NCBI RefSeq assembly: GCF_001644015.1
Contig: NZ_LUUI01000119.1
Location: 1 to 28,530 of the forward strand
Source of the DNA: Methylomonas lenta
Lineage (GTDB): Bacteria > Pseudomonadota > Gammaproteobacteria > Methylococcales > Methylomonadaceae
Direction of reading: 5' to 3'
DNA length: 28,530 nucleotides
Of this stretch, positions 1 through 10,967 are shown one piece after another. A model generated the notes under the pieces. The model was not told the origin of the DNA. It saw only the letters and a list, made by a program, of their open reading frames with translations, and did not search any database. How positions within the stretch are numbered: position 1 is the stretch's first letter; every line of letters begins with the position of its first letter. The position numbers and the translations under genes are program-made.

Positions 1-2185
1 CAATATACGTGTCACTGATATGGTAGTAAGCAATGCCACCATATCCGCCGTAACGGATATGACTCTCTGATAGCAGATTATTTTCATACAGATTCCATTG
101 CGTACCGTCTGCCGCCGCGCGTTTTGTGTCACCCCAATAACGTGGCAGTTGAAATTGATTGTACGCATTAATTGTCGTACAGATAGCGGCTTCCAGTTTC
201 TCCGTAGTGACTTGGCGTTGATTGACGAACGACACTTGACGCGCACTGACATCGGCAATGTTTTTGGCAATTTGCGTCGGCCCCAATCCGGTGCCATAGG
301 CGAACACCGTCAGAATCTTGCGCCGGTCTTCCTCCTGCAACTTACCTTGGTGGCCACTCAACGGGCCAAAATGCTTGCCCCACCCAATCCATTTCATGGT
401 ATCGGCAAGCACATCCAGCAACGAAAGGCCCATGCCATCGAGTATGCGCCTTAATGCGTCATCCAACTGCTTGAATCCAGGTGGTGTCTCTTTTTTCTCT
501 TGCCGACACAGCTTCGGCCTGCCATCAACGATCTTGAAATAAGGATTGTCCTGATAGGTCTTATCAGCCTGCTGTGCCGCCTCTGTCAGCAGGATGCGAA
601 TATGCTTGATAAATGCCGCACTCTCGACGGGTAAACCTACTTTCTCGCCATAATCCGCGCGTGTACGTTCGCATTCCTCCATCGGCACCAGTTCGTTCCG
701 GTGGTCTGAATACGCATCGCTGTCGATCACGCAAAGGTCGCCCGATTTCAGTTCCCTAACCATTTGCAAACAGACGCATGCCTCGAACTGGCGGCGGTTG
801 ATTCGGGTCGGAACGGCATCGCGTTTGACCTCGCCCGTCACCAACTTCCACCATTTTTCGGGAATCCAGACCAGATCGTCGGTTGTCAATGCTATCTTGC
901 CTTTGCTCTTGAATGCTAGCCACTCGCTTTGCTTTTGGCAGTTCTCCAACATAAAAGCCAATGACCGTTCAAAACTGGCATCCTGACTGGTGGACTCTAG
1001 TTTTAATTTGTTCAATATCCGTAGCATCTCCGCCCGCCGTGGCTTAAAGAACTTCCAGACAAAACGGAACTCGTTCTTCCCACCGTATTCCGCATGCAAG
1101 CGCGAGAATTCGCACAAATCAGGGCGAGCCGTCACCGCTTGGCGAACCCCTTTCAATTGTTCGTCAGCAGATTGGGTGGAGTTTAAGAGCGTTTCCAGCA
1201 TTGCAAACCGGCGCAAAATCTCATCGGTCTTTTCTTGGTTGTCCTCCAGATATTTTTCAAGGGCTTCTTCGGCGCGGTGTAACGCTTTCTTCATCTGCCT
1301 GCAAAAAATATTGCAGAGATCATCGATCACTATTGCCAGACGTTGTCGAATCAAGGCCAAGGCAACGGCGTAGCGTTTGGCGGCAGCCATATCCACCATG
1401 CTGGCGGCATCGAGACTGTTGCCTTCCAGCGCCCATTGTTTGATTTTGACGACCGGTATGGTTTTTAACAGATCTGCGTGGCAAGCTAACTTGATCAGTC
1501 GGTCATAGCGTTCGATCAAATCGCGCATGCCGTCTATCGTCGGTTTGGCGGCATCTTGCTTAATATCGTTCCAAGGACTCACGCGGCGCGGATCATCACC
1601 CACGACGAAGAGCTTGTCGAGAAAAGTCCGGCCAGCATCTCCAAGTGCATCGTGAATTTGCGTGTGCAGCGCCTGATTCGTTGCAATCCGCTCGACGCGA
1701 GCTTCTCGCAGCATGGTATCGAATGCCGGCAACTCGTAACGATGACGCACCAAGGTTTCGATACCGATATTGATAATATCAATGACATCTTCCTTGGTCA
1801 GCGCCGCTTCGGCAAAAGTGTGTCGCATCAGCGCCTTGCCATCGTCGCTGAAGGGTTTGACCGCCAAAAACTCCCGCACTGCCGACAAGTGTTTGCGTCT
1901 GGCCTGGGAGACATCGTACTGCCGCAAATTCTCCCGATCATAGGGTTCGCCCATGCTGGAGGAGACATGTTCGGCAATGGCATTCGGTACTTGCTCGGAG
2001 GTTACAAAATAGCCCAGCCGTTGATAGGTTTTTAATAGTAGGGCAAATCCTAATCGCGTGGTGTTTGAGCGAGTGGCGCTATCGCAACATGCCAGCTCGA
2101 CATCAGTCACCGTGTAGAAACGTTCCAATTCCGATTGGGCAAGCCGGCTTTTGAATCGGGGATAGGCGGTATCGCTGGGTTGCAA
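1..2185 (-). CDS. tnpA: Tn3-family DDE transposase TnpA, 5' portion (about 728 codons; 3' end lies beyond the left window edge)
   Basis: Hand translation of the minus strand (codon phase ending at nt 2) was spot-checked at both ends. No stop was seen from about 2185 to the edge, and all competing frames hold only short ORFs. The N-terminus reads ...AQSELERFYTVTDVELACCDSATRSNTTRLGFALLLKTYQRLGYF (DUF4158-type). The edge reads ...AADGTQWNLYENNLLSESHIRYGGYGGIAYYHISDTYI (Tn3-family DDE core). It is missing from the ORF track because there is no stop in the window and no in-frame ATG. TTG at 2185 is the nearest candidate start, so the start is uncertain. Confidence 0.8.
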   Translation of the reverse strand, partial: MQPSDTAYPRFKSRLAQSELERFYTVTDVELACCDSATRSNTTRLGFALLLKTYQRLGYFVTSEQVPNAIAEHVSSSMGEPYDRENLRQYDVSQARRKHLSAVREFLAVKPFSDDGKALMRHTFAEAALTKEDVIDIINIGIETLVRHRYELPAFDTMLREARVERIATNQALHTQIHDALGDAGRTFLDKLFVVGDDPRRVSPWNDIKQDAAKPTIDGMRDLIERYDRLIKLACHADLLKTIPVVKIKQWALEGNSLDAASMVDMAAAKRYAVALALIRQRLAIVIDDLCNIFCRQMKKALHRAEEALEKYLEDNQEKTDEILRRFAMLETLLNSTQSADEQLKGVRQAVTARPDLCEFSRLHAEYGGKNEFRFVWKFFKPRRAEMLRILNKLKLESTSQDASFERSLAFMLENCQKQSEWLAFKSKGKIALTTDDLVWIPEKWWKLVTGEVKRDAVPTRINRRQFEACVCLQMVRELKSGDLCVIDSDAYSDHRNELVPMEECERTRADYGEKVGLPVESAAFIKHIRILLTEAAQQADKTYQDNPYFKIVDGRPKLCRQEKKETPPGFKQLDDALRRILDGMGLSLLDVLADTMKWIGWGKHFGPLSGHQGKLQEEDRRKILTVFAYGTGLGPTQIAKNIADVSARQVSFVNQRQVTTEKLEAAICTTINAYNQFQLPRYWGDTKRAAADGTQWNLYENNLLSESHIRYGGYGGIAYYHISDTYI

Positions 2186-2351
2186 TTTTAAAAACCGAAA
2201 AGTGATCGAGCACAAGAAAAACGTCCGTTTATCTTGTACGCTAAAAATCGCCCAAACCAGGCAGTAAAACCACAAGAAAACCCATTGAGAAAATCAACGC
2301 AACATTGTACCCTCATCCTTATCTTTTTTTGTACTGTAAAGTATTGCAAAT
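2186..2351. promoter_or_regulatory. res: Divergent tnpA-tnpR intergenic region, presumed res site and promoters
   Basis: Its position between divergent tnpA and tnpR is where res lies in Tn3-type elements. It contains a repeated TTGTAC motif (about 2233, 2305, 2328). Subsites were not resolved. Confidence 0.35.
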
Positions 2352-2996
2352 ATGTTAGTCGGTTATGTCCGTGTTTCAAAAAATGATGGTAGCCAGACAC
2401 TAGCCCCACAGCATGACGCTTTGGCCGATGCTGGTGTTGAGCCAAGTCGGATTTACGAAGACTTGGCATCAGGTCGTAAGGATGACAGGCCGGGATTGAA
2501 TGCTTGCCTCAAGGCCCTCCAACCGGGCAATACCCTGGTGGTATGGAAACTGGACAGGCTTGGCCGGGATTTAAAACATTTAGTAACTACGGTTGATGAT
2601 CTTCGCAACCGTAACATTGGGTTAAAAGTTTTGGCCGGTGCAGGGGCACAAATCGACACAACCACTTCCAACGGGAGATTATTCTTTGGAATTTTTGCGG
2701 CCTTGGCGGAATTCGAGCGGGAACTGATTGCCGAACGCACCCATGCCGGACTTGCGGCGGCAAGGGCAAGAGGCCGCAAAGGCGGACGACCACGCAAGAT
2801 GGATCGGGCTACGTTGATGATGGCGATGTCCGCTATGTCAGACCAAAAATCGAATGCGATAGATGTTGCCAAACGACTTGGGATCACGACCACGACGCTT
2901 TATGCCTATGTCAACGGTGACGGATCGGTGAAGGTGGCAGGGCAAGCCGTTCTTAACCAAGACAGCGATGAGCTGAAAAACCCTCCCAAAAAATAA
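2352..2996 (+). CDS. tnpR: Serine recombinase / resolvase TnpR (214 aa)
   Basis: N-terminus MLVGYVRVSKNDGSQ has the catalytic Ser motif. It also has [27 protein letters not shown] and a C-terminal HTH (VAKRLGITTTTLY). It is divergent from tnpA. Confidence 0.9.
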   Translation: MLVGYVRVSKNDGSQTLAPQHDALADAGVEPSRIYEDLASGRKDDRPGLNACLKALQPGNTLVVWKLDRLGRDLKHLVTTVDDLRNRNIGLKVLAGAGAQIDTTTSNGRLFFGIFAALAEFERELIAERTHAGLAAARARGRKGGRPRKMDRATLMMAMSAMSDQKSNAIDVAKRLGITTTTLYAYVNGDGSVKVAGQAVLNQDSDELKNPPKK

Positions 2997-3051
2997 GCCA
3001 ATGGGTACTGTGAAAAAGTAATAAGCACTCTGAAAGGAGTTTTTAAATTCT

Positions 3052-3987
3052 TTACCGAAAAAACATCACATAACTCGCTTGCAAAGTAATCATCAAACCA
3101 TCGAGCAATGCGATGAAGGCGAAACCCTTTTTCGTAGCGCGCGGAGAAATCCATTGCGCAAGAAATGGCCCCAGCCGTCCGCCCCAGAGTACGCCGAGCA
3201 TGGTGAATGCCGCCATATCCCAGGGTACGCCGCCGTAATAGAAGGCATGAATAGACGCCAGCAGCAGGGAATTTAACGACAGCAACACCACGCCCAGTCC
3301 GATCGCCCGGTTAGCGTTAAGGCCGTAGGCGAGCATGCAAAAGGCGGCGATGATTTCGCCCTCGCCAATTGCAACCCAACCGGTAATCATGCCGCCTATA
3401 AAAGAAACCAAAATAATGGGGAGGCTGGCGCTTGCCGGAAGCTCAATCAATCCGCCTTTTCGATCCAGCGTGATCAGCGTCAGCAAGCCCGTTATGAACG
3501 CAATGGGGCCAAACAGCCCTTTGACCAGCATCGGCTGCGGGTGGATCAAGAATGTGGACATCATCGTCCCGATAATAAGCGCAGGCACGGTCCATTTCAA
3601 AAGCGGTAACGGCACTTCGCCGCGCCGCAGCCAACCGGATGCGCCGCTGGTCATGCCGACGGCTTGCGTGACGAACGCGAGTTTCAAGGCGCTGACGGGA
3701 TCTACTTGGTAAGCGAACATCAGCACAGGGATAAAAACAATGCCGCCCCCAATCGCGGTAGCGTTGCCGATGAATGCACCAAACACACCGACGATGACCA
3801 GCGGCCAATTACTGGCGGCAAGCCCGATTGGGTCTGGAAATACAGTCACGTAACCGGCAATCCAGATCAGGGTGAATACAAAAAGCCAAGGCGTAAGATA
3901 CGCAAAGCTTTTTGCCGATGAACGGTTTTCTGGCTTAACCACAGGGGCGGAATAACGGGAGAACTGCTGTTTTTGATAGCTTCTCAT
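3052..3987 (-). CDS. TauE/SafE (TSUP) family membrane permease (311 aa)
   Basis: Polytopic hydrophobic protein with the Gly-rich motifs GNATAIGGGIVFIPVLM and GMITGWVAIGEGEII, typical of the sulfite-exporter TauE/SafE family. Confidence 0.7.
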   Translation of the reverse strand: MRSYQKQQFSRYSAPVVKPENRSSAKSFAYLTPWLFVFTLIWIAGYVTVFPDPIGLAASNWPLVIVGVFGAFIGNATAIGGGIVFIPVLMFAYQVDPVSALKLAFVTQAVGMTSGASGWLRRGEVPLPLLKWTVPALIIGTMMSTFLIHPQPMLVKGLFGPIAFITGLLTLITLDRKGGLIELPASASLPIILVSFIGGMITGWVAIGEGEIIAAFCMLAYGLNANRAIGLGVVLLSLNSLLLASIHAFYYGGVPWDMAAFTMLGVLWGGRLGPFLAQWISPRATKKGFAFIALLDGLMITLQASYVMFFR

Positions 3988-3999
3988 AAGCGGGACTCG

Positions 4000-4356
4000 T
4001 TAAGTATTTTGATTATTTTTTATTTGTTGCAGTCGGATGATGAGCGCATTAAAAACAGTTTTTGAGCAATGAGCTAATTCGGAGCTTTTCTGCTTGAGAA
4101 ATTCCCACATTAATTGATTAATACTGGGCTTGTTTTCAGAAGCACAAACCGCTTCAGTGCTTGAATAGGTCGAAACGCAATAAGGTACTAAATAGGTCAG
4201 GGTAATTTTGATGAATTCCTTTATCGATAATCCATTGCTGAGTATTACATCACCGTGATTGATCAACATCAGAATTGAACCAACGACCAGTGCAACCTTG
4301 AGCGCGCGGGTCAGAATATTTGTTTGCAAGGCGATTTTAAGCCATTCATTTATCAT
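4000..4356 (-). CDS. Small membrane protein resembling the NrtS family (nitrate/nitrite transporter NrtS-like), 118 aa
   Basis: The motifs ALVVGSILMLINHGD and LTYLVPYCVSTYSS recall NrtS-family proteins. This is recalled similarity only, with no search run. Confidence 0.4.
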   Translation of the reverse strand: MINEWLKIALQTNILTRALKVALVVGSILMLINHGDVILSNGLSIKEFIKITLTYLVPYCVSTYSSTEAVCASENKPSINQLMWEFLKQKSSELAHCSKTVFNALIIRLQQIKNNQNT

Positions 4357-4466
4357 ACTGTGTCATCCTTACCCAGTTAATGTGTGATAAACACATCAAG
4401 AGTGGGTGTTTAATAGTTAAAATCTGATTGTTAAGATTTGTGTGTTTATAGAGTGATTGCGGATGA

Positions 4467-5591
4467 TTAGATGACAGCCTGCCAAAGCAGCCGTATCCCG
4501 ACCGCGAACAAGAACAGCGCAAATATCCTTTTTAGGTTCTCGGTTGGCAACTTATGTGCGAGTTGCGCCCCCATTGGGGCGAATACCCGGCTACTGGTTA
4601 CGATACAGAGAAACGCCGGCACATAGAGATAACCCAGGCTCCAGCCAGGAAGACCGGCGTTGCCCCAGCCCAGGATGATGTAGCCGAGAGAACCGACGAT
4701 AGCGATGGATAATCCACAGGCGCTGGAAACGGCCACGGCTTGGCGCAAGGGAAACTGACGCTTGACCAGGAAAGGGACGATGATGACCCCGATGCCGGCA
4801 CCCAGGAGGGTACAAAGTACGCCGGTAATGCTGCCTGCACCGACAAGGTTTCGGTCGCCAGGCGGCTGGTCAGGATCGAGCGCTGGCGAGTAGGGTTTGA
4901 TCATCTGAAAAGCTACCCATAACGGAAAGAAGGCGAACAGCGTTTTAAAAAGATCGGTCGGCAGGCTGTCCGCGACAACTGAACCCAACAGAGAACCAAC
5001 CAAGACACTTGGCACCAGTTGCTTCACGACCGGCCAGTCAACCGCACCGAGAAGATGGTAAGACTGAAGGGAGGCGGCTGAGGTGATAATGATGGTGGCT
5101 AGTGAAGTCGCCACGGCCATCAGCATGACCAAGTCCGGCGCAATCCCCTGAGCCGAAAAAAGCCATACCAGGAACGGGACAATGATAATGCCACCGCCGA
5201 TGCCGAACAGTCCGGAAAGCAGGCCCGCAACGCTTCCCAAAAGCAGATAGTAAATACTTGGCAAGCCGACCATCGCCAGCGTGATTGTCGCAGTAACCCA
5301 GAACAGTGTCTTATACAGACGCTCGCTTTTAGGCTCTGGGCCAGTCTCGCCAGATTCGTCGGTCTGAACGGATGACTGATAAAGCTTGCTATGGGCAAAT
5401 ACGAGACAATTAACCGCTGTGAAATTAAAGATCGGGCTCAGGAAGTGCAACACCGACAGGTGGCTGATGGCTGCGCTGCCAAAACCGGCCGCCATCAACG
5501 CCAATGGTGTCGTGTTATAAAGGGAAGCCCAATCGCGACCGTGGTATCGCCAGAGATCAACGAGTCCGACTCCGAATTTCACTTGTAACAT
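4467..5591 (-). CDS. TauE/SafE (TSUP) family membrane permease with about 100-aa N-terminal membrane extension (374 aa)
   Basis: Motifs GLLSGLFGIGGGIIIVPFLV and GAGIGVIIVPFLV. SD AAGGAAA lies 6 nt before the ATG at 5591. The gene sits about 100 nt downstream of promoter copy A. Confidence 0.7.
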   Translation of the reverse strand: MLQVKFGVGLVDLWRYHGRDWASLYNTTPLALMAAGFGSAAISHLSVLHFLSPIFNFTAVNCLVFAHSKLYQSSVQTDESGETGPEPKSERLYKTLFWVTATITLAMVGLPSIYYLLLGSVAGLLSGLFGIGGGIIIVPFLVWLFSAQGIAPDLVMLMAVATSLATIIITSAASLQSYHLLGAVDWPVVKQLVPSVLVGSLLGSVVADSLPTDLFKTLFAFFPLWVAFQMIKPYSPALDPDQPPGDRNLVGAGSITGVLCTLLGAGIGVIIVPFLVKRQFPLRQAVAVSSACGLSIAIVGSLGYIILGWGNAGLPGWSLGYLYVPAFLCIVTSSRVFAPMGAQLAHKLPTENLKRIFALFLFAVGIRLLWQAVI

Positions 5592-5687
5592 GGTGTTTTC
5601 CTTATAAAAAAGCAGTCGATAAGGTCATTTCTAATGGGAAACAAACTAATCGACAGCCAAGTTATACCCCCTAAAAGCACGATTGAA

Positions 5688-5719
5688 ATAATAAATGCCG
5701 TACTTAAGAACAGAGTCAA
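5688..5719 (-). promoter_or_regulatory. MerR-type promoter/operator copy A (-35 TTGACT, 20-nt spacer with dyad GTnCTTAAGnAC, -10 TATTAT)
   Basis: Minus strand reads tgCTTGACTCTGTTCTTAAGTACGGCATTTATTATttc. It shares the 14-nt core CTTGACTCTGTTCT with copies at 6245-6276 and 11774-11805. An over-long spacer carrying a dyad is the hallmark of MerR-family activated promoters. Confidence 0.5.
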
Positions 5720-5766
5720 GCAGAAAACTAAAAAAGCTGCGTTTTTATGATATTGGGCAACAGGGC

Positions 5767-6030
5767 CTATTTTTCGTCGGATGAAGACTCCAGGTGTTTT
5801 CTTTTTTCATCCAGTTGTTTTCGTTTTTCTTCTTTTTCTCCTTCATCCAAAAGCCCAAAATCTTCTTCAAAAAGATTAAAACGAAAGCCTATAAACTTAA
5901 GTACGACAAAGGCAATGAGAAAGCCAATAACCGGATAAAAGAATAATTGCGTACCCCAAGGTATGTCGTGCGGGTCTTTCAGGTCAATGCGTAAAATTTT
6001 AGTAAAAACAAAAAACATAAAATCTGTCAT
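5767..6030 (-). CDS. Hypothetical small membrane protein with Glu/Lys-rich C-terminal tail (87 aa from ATG 6030; the track ORF starts at TTG 6060)
   Basis: SD AGGTGG lies 7 nt before ATG 6030. There is one clear TM segment (LFFYPVIGFLIAFVVLKFIGF) and then a charged tail, EEDFGLLDEGEKEEKRKQLDEKRK. No family was recognised. Confidence 0.4.
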   Translation of the reverse strand: MTDFMFFVFTKILRIDLKDPHDIPWGTQLFFYPVIGFLIAFVVLKFIGFRFNLFEEDFGLLDEGEKEEKRKQLDEKRKHLESSSDEK

Positions 6031-6162
6031 TTTATTCCACCTAAAATAGGTTATGAACAACAGTCGCTGATTAAGGTTTAGCCCATGTTGAATTAATCAA
6101 TATGAATGGCTAAATGCATCGCTCAGTCAGAATCCCCAGTGAGATATAAACGCATTTGTTGC

Positions 6163-6210
6163 CGAATAAAAAGAGCCGATTGTTTTTCCTTTTCAGGAAA
6201 AACAATCGGC
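6163..6210 (-). terminator. Rho-independent terminator (16-bp perfect stem, 4-nt loop, T-run on minus strand)
   Basis: 6175-6190 GCCGATTGTTTTTCCT pairs with 6195-6210 AGGAAAAACAATCGGC. On the minus strand the stem is followed by CTCTTTTTATT. Confidence 0.65.
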
Positions 6211-6244
6211 CGGCCACTATGAAGAAATTCAAAGCTCGGTTGAG

Positions 6245-6276
6245 ATCATAAATGACGTACCTTAGAACAGAGTCAA
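6245..6276 (-). promoter_or_regulatory. MerR-type promoter/operator copy B (-35 TTGACT, 20-nt spacer, -10 TATGAT)
   Basis: Minus strand reads cgCTTGACTCTGTTCTAAGGTACGTCATTTATGATctc. It lies between the COG0523 gene stop (6302) and the terminator at 6163-6210. Confidence 0.45.
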
Positions 6277-6301
6277 GCGGAAAATTAACAAAAAGGGTCT
6301 A

Positions 6302-7315
6302 TTAAACCGAGTCCGAACAGCTGTTTGCAATACATTGGTTTAACTCCATCGAAATATCTTGCCGGCTATTTTGTCTGGCGATTATTTCAATCCGGCTGTT
6401 TGCTGAAGGTTTACACGGAACGATAGTCATGACCCCGTCAGCTACATTAAAAATGAACCAACCTTTATCAGTCGCAAAAACCGCTTTTATTCTTTCCGCC
6501 TCCAGTTGGTTTAATAATCGCGTGATGCGTACATAATCAAAGCGACTGTATTCCGGAAATGCAGTGCCAAAACTCCGGTAACCGTCCGCCGCATTTTGCA
6601 GCGGCGAATTCGCTAACGCGCTCTTACGGGACATTCGCCCATTATCCTCATCAATTTGGATCGATCCGGCTTGATGGGCGTTGGGAAAAGAGGCTTGCCT
6701 TTCCGGATTTCTTGTTACGTCCAGCCAAGCAACATCCAGTTGTCCTTGAACGGTTTGAGCAACTACCGCTTTACGGGGACGGCTGCCATCGGCCCAGCGC
6801 TCGAACAACTGAGTCGCTGCCTTGTCGGCTAAATCCATTTTATTGGCGGCCAGCACATCGGATAAGGCGATTTGATCGACAAAGTTTTCATGCGACATGT
6901 AGCGGCTATCGCTTAGCTTTCTCGGGTCAACCAGACAAATACTGGCGCGCACATCCAGCACGGTCCGAAAATACCCGCCGGCAAGCATGTCCAGCACCCG
7001 CTTTGGATGGCCTAAGCCTGTCGGTTCAATAAGCAAACGATCCGGTTTGACTTCCGTTAGCAAACGATTAACGGCAACCTGAAAAGGCAGCCCCACCGCG
7101 CAGCACAGACAACCTCCGGCCACTTCCCTGACACTTGCGCCCGAAGCCGCGAAGATGGCGCCGTCAATGCCGACTTGTCCAAACTCGTTGACCAAGACCG
7201 CCCATTTTTCGTCAGCCGGTTTTTGTTTAAGCAGATTAAGAATGGCCGTGGTTTTACCAACGCCGAGAAACCCCATGACCATATTGGTTGGAATATTGGC
7301 AAACTTTCGGAACAT
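6302..7315 (-). CDS. COG0523 / CobW-family G3E GTPase metallochaperone (337 aa)
   Basis: P-loop GFLGVGKTT, metal-binding GGCLCC (CxCC) motif, EPTGLGHP, and NKMDL (NKxD). Confidence 0.85.
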   Translation of the reverse strand: MFRKFANIPTNMVMGFLGVGKTTAILNLLKQKPADEKWAVLVNEFGQVGIDGAIFAASGASVREVAGGCLCCAVGLPFQVAVNRLLTEVKPDRLLIEPTGLGHPKRVLDMLAGGYFRTVLDVRASICLVDPRKLSDSRYMSHENFVDQIALSDVLAANKMDLADKAATQLFERWADGSRPRKAVVAQTVQGQLDVAWLDVTRNPERQASFPNAHQAGSIQIDEDNGRMSRKSALANSPLQNAADGYRSFGTAFPEYSRFDYVRITRLLNQLEAERIKAVFATDKGWFIFNVADGVMTIVPCKPSANSRIEIIARQNSRQDISMELNQCIANSCSDSV

Positions 7316-7360
7316 TTGGACTTAATCCATAGAGGTATAAAGCTGTAGTGTAGAAACGCT

Positions 7361-7666
7361 CTACAGTTTGATTTTATTAAACGCCAACAGTGCCGCCGTT
7401 AACGACATCAGGAATATCGCCGAAAAAGCCATGACAGCGGTTACCGTATCTGCTGAAAGCAAACTACCCAAAGCTGTCCCGGAAAACAGCATGACCCAAA
7501 AAGCAATATGACAAGGGCAGGCAAGCAGTGCTAAAGACGCAAAACACCAACCGGCTAAACGCCTTCTCGGTGACAGGGGGTGGTCGGAATCGTGTTGTGC
7601 TAAAGAAATTGCACAAGGCTTGCTATCGCACTCGGATAAGTGGCCTATTTTTGAATTTGTTTTCAT
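7361..7666 (-). CDS. merE: MerE-like small membrane mercury transporter (101 aa)
   Basis: Two TM segments, the first carrying LLACPCHIAFW, which matches the MerE LTCPCHLPIL Cys pair. It sits inside the mer cluster. The N-terminal extension is atypical. Confidence 0.5.
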   Translation of the reverse strand: MKTNSKIGHLSECDSKPCAISLAQHDSDHPLSPRRRLAGWCFASLALLACPCHIAFWVMLFSGTALGSLLSADTVTAVMAFSAIFLMSLTAALLAFNKIKL

Positions 7667-7690
7667 TACTCCTTCTTTCTTTGTTTCAAT

Positions 7691-8068
7691 TCATTTACCA
7701 CAACAGCCCATATTTTCACCAAAAACACCGGCATAATCTGTTTGCCACGCTAACCGCGCAATGAAATAGTGCGGATCTTTATTGAAGACATCCAGACAAT
7801 GAGGGCAGCGACAAAATGCAACCGGTTTGCCGTTAAAATCCATTATCACGGTGGCATTAACCGGTTTTTCCGCCAAACAAACAGGACACACTGTCAAACC
7901 GGCTGTTTCGGTCAAACATGATTCAGGGTCGGTTATGAATAACTCCAGACACCCCTTGCAACAAAACCAGTATTGCTTCCCCGCATGGTTATGTTGAACA
8001 GCTTTTTGATTAGTGATACCTAATCTGACTAATGAACATCCACAAGCCGGGCAAATGGGGGTTTCCAT
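7691..8068 (-). CDS. Cys-rich protein with two TRASH/YHS-like metal-binding modules and a C-terminal GCCGK (125 aa)
   Basis: CPACG...YWFCCKGCLELFITDP and CPVCL...VAFCRCPHCLDVFNKDP follow the CxxC...CxxxC...DP pattern of TRASH/YHS domains. A vicinal Cys pair sits at the C-terminus. Confidence 0.5.
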   Translation of the reverse strand: METPICPACGCSLVRLGITNQKAVQHNHAGKQYWFCCKGCLELFITDPESCLTETAGLTVCPVCLAEKPVNATVIMDFNGKPVAFCRCPHCLDVFNKDPHYFIARLAWQTDYAGVFGENMGCCGK

Positions 8069-8074
8069 CGTTTG

Positions 8075-8500
8075 TTACCGGTCTTCCGTCTTGCACTCGT
8101 CATCCGCACAAACCGGACTGTTGCGTCCGATCATAAAATCCCAGACATTGGCGGCGATAAAAAGCGCAAGCCCTATATAGACCAGACTAACGGCGACCGG
8201 CAATATTCCCGTCACGGTAAACCCTAAGCCGAGGGTACTGACCAATGCGCCGATGCCGCCAATCCAGAACGCGAGCATCGCTTCCTCCGAGAGTGCTGCA
8301 TGTTTCCTCGCGGAACGATAAAGCGTCCATACATTTAAAGCGACGAACCCTATAAACATCGGCAACAAAAAAGCATCGTTTATCAGAAAGCCAAGCCCGA
8401 CGGCAGCCACGGCGCTGAGCACCACAGTGACGCCAAGACAGCAGGCCGCAGCAACTACGGCACCGAACAAACCGCCATATTGACTTAATTTTTCATTCAT
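8075..8500 (-). CDS. merC: Mercury transporter MerC (141 aa from ATG 8500; the track ORF starts at TTG 8515)
   Basis: The motifs AAACCLG, GLGFL, LLPMF and LVYIGLALFIAANVWDF parallel MerC (GLGFL, LLPMFAG, LLYVGLALMVGVSVWDF). SD GGAG lies 8 nt before ATG 8500. Confidence 0.7.
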   Translation of the reverse strand: MNEKLSQYGGLFGAVVAAACCLGVTVVLSAVAAVGLGFLINDAFLLPMFIGFVALNVWTLYRSARKHAALSEEAMLAFWIGGIGALVSTLGLGFTVTGILPVAVSLVYIGLALFIAANVWDFMIGRNSPVCADDECKTEDR

Positions 8501-8523
8501 TTTAATGCTCCACAATATTTTGC

Positions 8524-10597
<2,074 letters not shown>

Positions 10598-10695
10598 TTA
10601 TATCAAAAAGATAGCATAGAAACGCAAGTAAAAACGGCCATAACAGAAAGCCCACTAGCTTAAATACAGTTTCAATATCCATAATGGTCTTCGAT

Positions 10696-10953
10696 TTAAC
10701 AACAACGTGTTGAAACTGAACATTCATCTGATTCGGCCTTTTTGTTATCAACCTCTTTAACCTGATAACCTTTTTGTACAATGTGTTCAAGCAGTGATTC
10801 AAGACGGGTTTCACCGGTAACCGCCAGGATGCCGATACCTTCCGGGTACGAAACTTTAATCTCAACACCCTCAAGCGCATTGAGTTTTTTCTCGATACCA
10901 TCAGCACAGCTTGGACAGGTCATACCGCCAATTTTTAATTTTGTAGTCCACAT
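10696..10953 (-). CDS. Standalone HMA-domain protein, a duplicated NmerA module (85 aa) ending in CC
   Basis: [39 protein letters not shown] is nearly identical to the MerA N-terminus. SD AAGGAA precedes the ATG. It arises from a direct duplication with a 392-bp offset. Confidence 0.75.
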   Translation of the reverse strand: MWTTKLKIGGMTCPSCADGIEKKLNALEGVEIKVSYPEGIGILAVTGETRLESLLEHIVQKGYQVKEVDNKKAESDECSVSTRCC

Positions 10954-10967
10954 AATGATTCCTTGAA

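Noticed and set aside
98-2035. Plus-strand ORFs in the ORF track over 98..2035, plus 1579..1788(-).
   Set aside because: All lie within or opposite the uninterrupted minus-strand Tn3-family tnpA frame that the track omits. Their translations are low-information.
2997-3051. GGGTACTGTGAAAAAGTAATAAGC just after the left tnpR stop, considered as a Tn3-family IR.
   Set aside because: The orientation is wrong for the tnpR-proximal end, because the G-run faces tnpR. It has no partner and is short.
3079-3921. Multiple ORFs on both strands inside 3052..3987 (3079..3276, 3335..3712, 3443..3808, 3664..3921).
   Set aside because: They overlap a full-length TauE-family membrane protein frame and have no independent signals.
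5747-5938. 63-aa plus-strand ORF rich in Ser/Phe/Lys.
   Set aside because: It is the low-complexity antisense shadow of the Glu/Lys-rich tail of the 5767-6030 gene.
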